Assembly (NCBI GenBank): GCA_963933835.1 | Contig: CAWVVV010000003.1 | Location: 252,271-316,270, forward strand | Length of the DNA stretch: 64,000 nucleotides | Direction of reading: 5' to 3' | DNA from: an uncultured Puniceicoccaceae bacterium | Lineage (GTDB): Bacteria; Verrucomicrobiota; Verrucomicrobiia; Opitutales; Oceanipulchritudinaceae | Part shown: one piece after another, positions 63,902 through 64,000 of the stretch | Layout of the letters: each line of letters opens with the position of its first letter | How positions within the stretch are numbered: the stretch's first letter is position 1 | Made by a program: the position numbers and the translations under genes | The notes under the pieces: model-generated | Told to the model about the DNA's origin: nothing | Seen by the model: only the letters and a program-made list of their open reading frames with translations | Database searches by the model: none

Positions 63902-64000
63902 AGGATGATGAATGGTTTTCAGTCGGAGGAAAGGAGTTTAAAATATTAGGGGGCACCTCTGAAAAGACCGTTTTGACGGCGCGGGTTAGGTTGTTTTGTA

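Overview
Bacterial chromosomal window of moderate GC. PEP-CTERM proteins, Trp/Tyr-rich secreted proteins and an extended adenylate kinase suggest a Verrucomicrobia (Opitutae-like) source; this is an inference. The intact housekeeping backbone is valS, folD, proC, xth, accA, ilvE, pyrH, frr, proB, a UvrD/PcrA helicase, two pseudouridine synthases, adk and a MacAB-TolC type exporter. A one-piece tmRNA (16403-16752, tag ANEEYALAA) has two further copies of its 3' end (ending 23243 and 28008). These delimit two tandem islands with no integrase. Island 1 carries katG, an SDR, two DoxX-like genes and truncated genes at both ends. Island 2 is a compact putative zinc-uptake cassette. The best candidate for a new system is in island 2: a perfect 7-1-7 Fur-family box over the start of a membrane leader ORF that ends in the ribosome-arrest motif RAPP, then a multi-branch RNA structure closing just before the ATG of a His/Glu-rich TonB-dependent receptor, followed by a Fur/Zur regulator and a MerC-domain protein. 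Other oddities are an array of 12-bp repeats with variable inserts (37651-37914) and two single genes flanked by direct duplications of neighbouring sequence. There are also GTAG-type REPs, a sterol desaturase / unknown / HTTM-DCC1 operon, about eight decayed accessory genes and apparently leaderless promoters. All family assignments come from motif recognition, not database searches.
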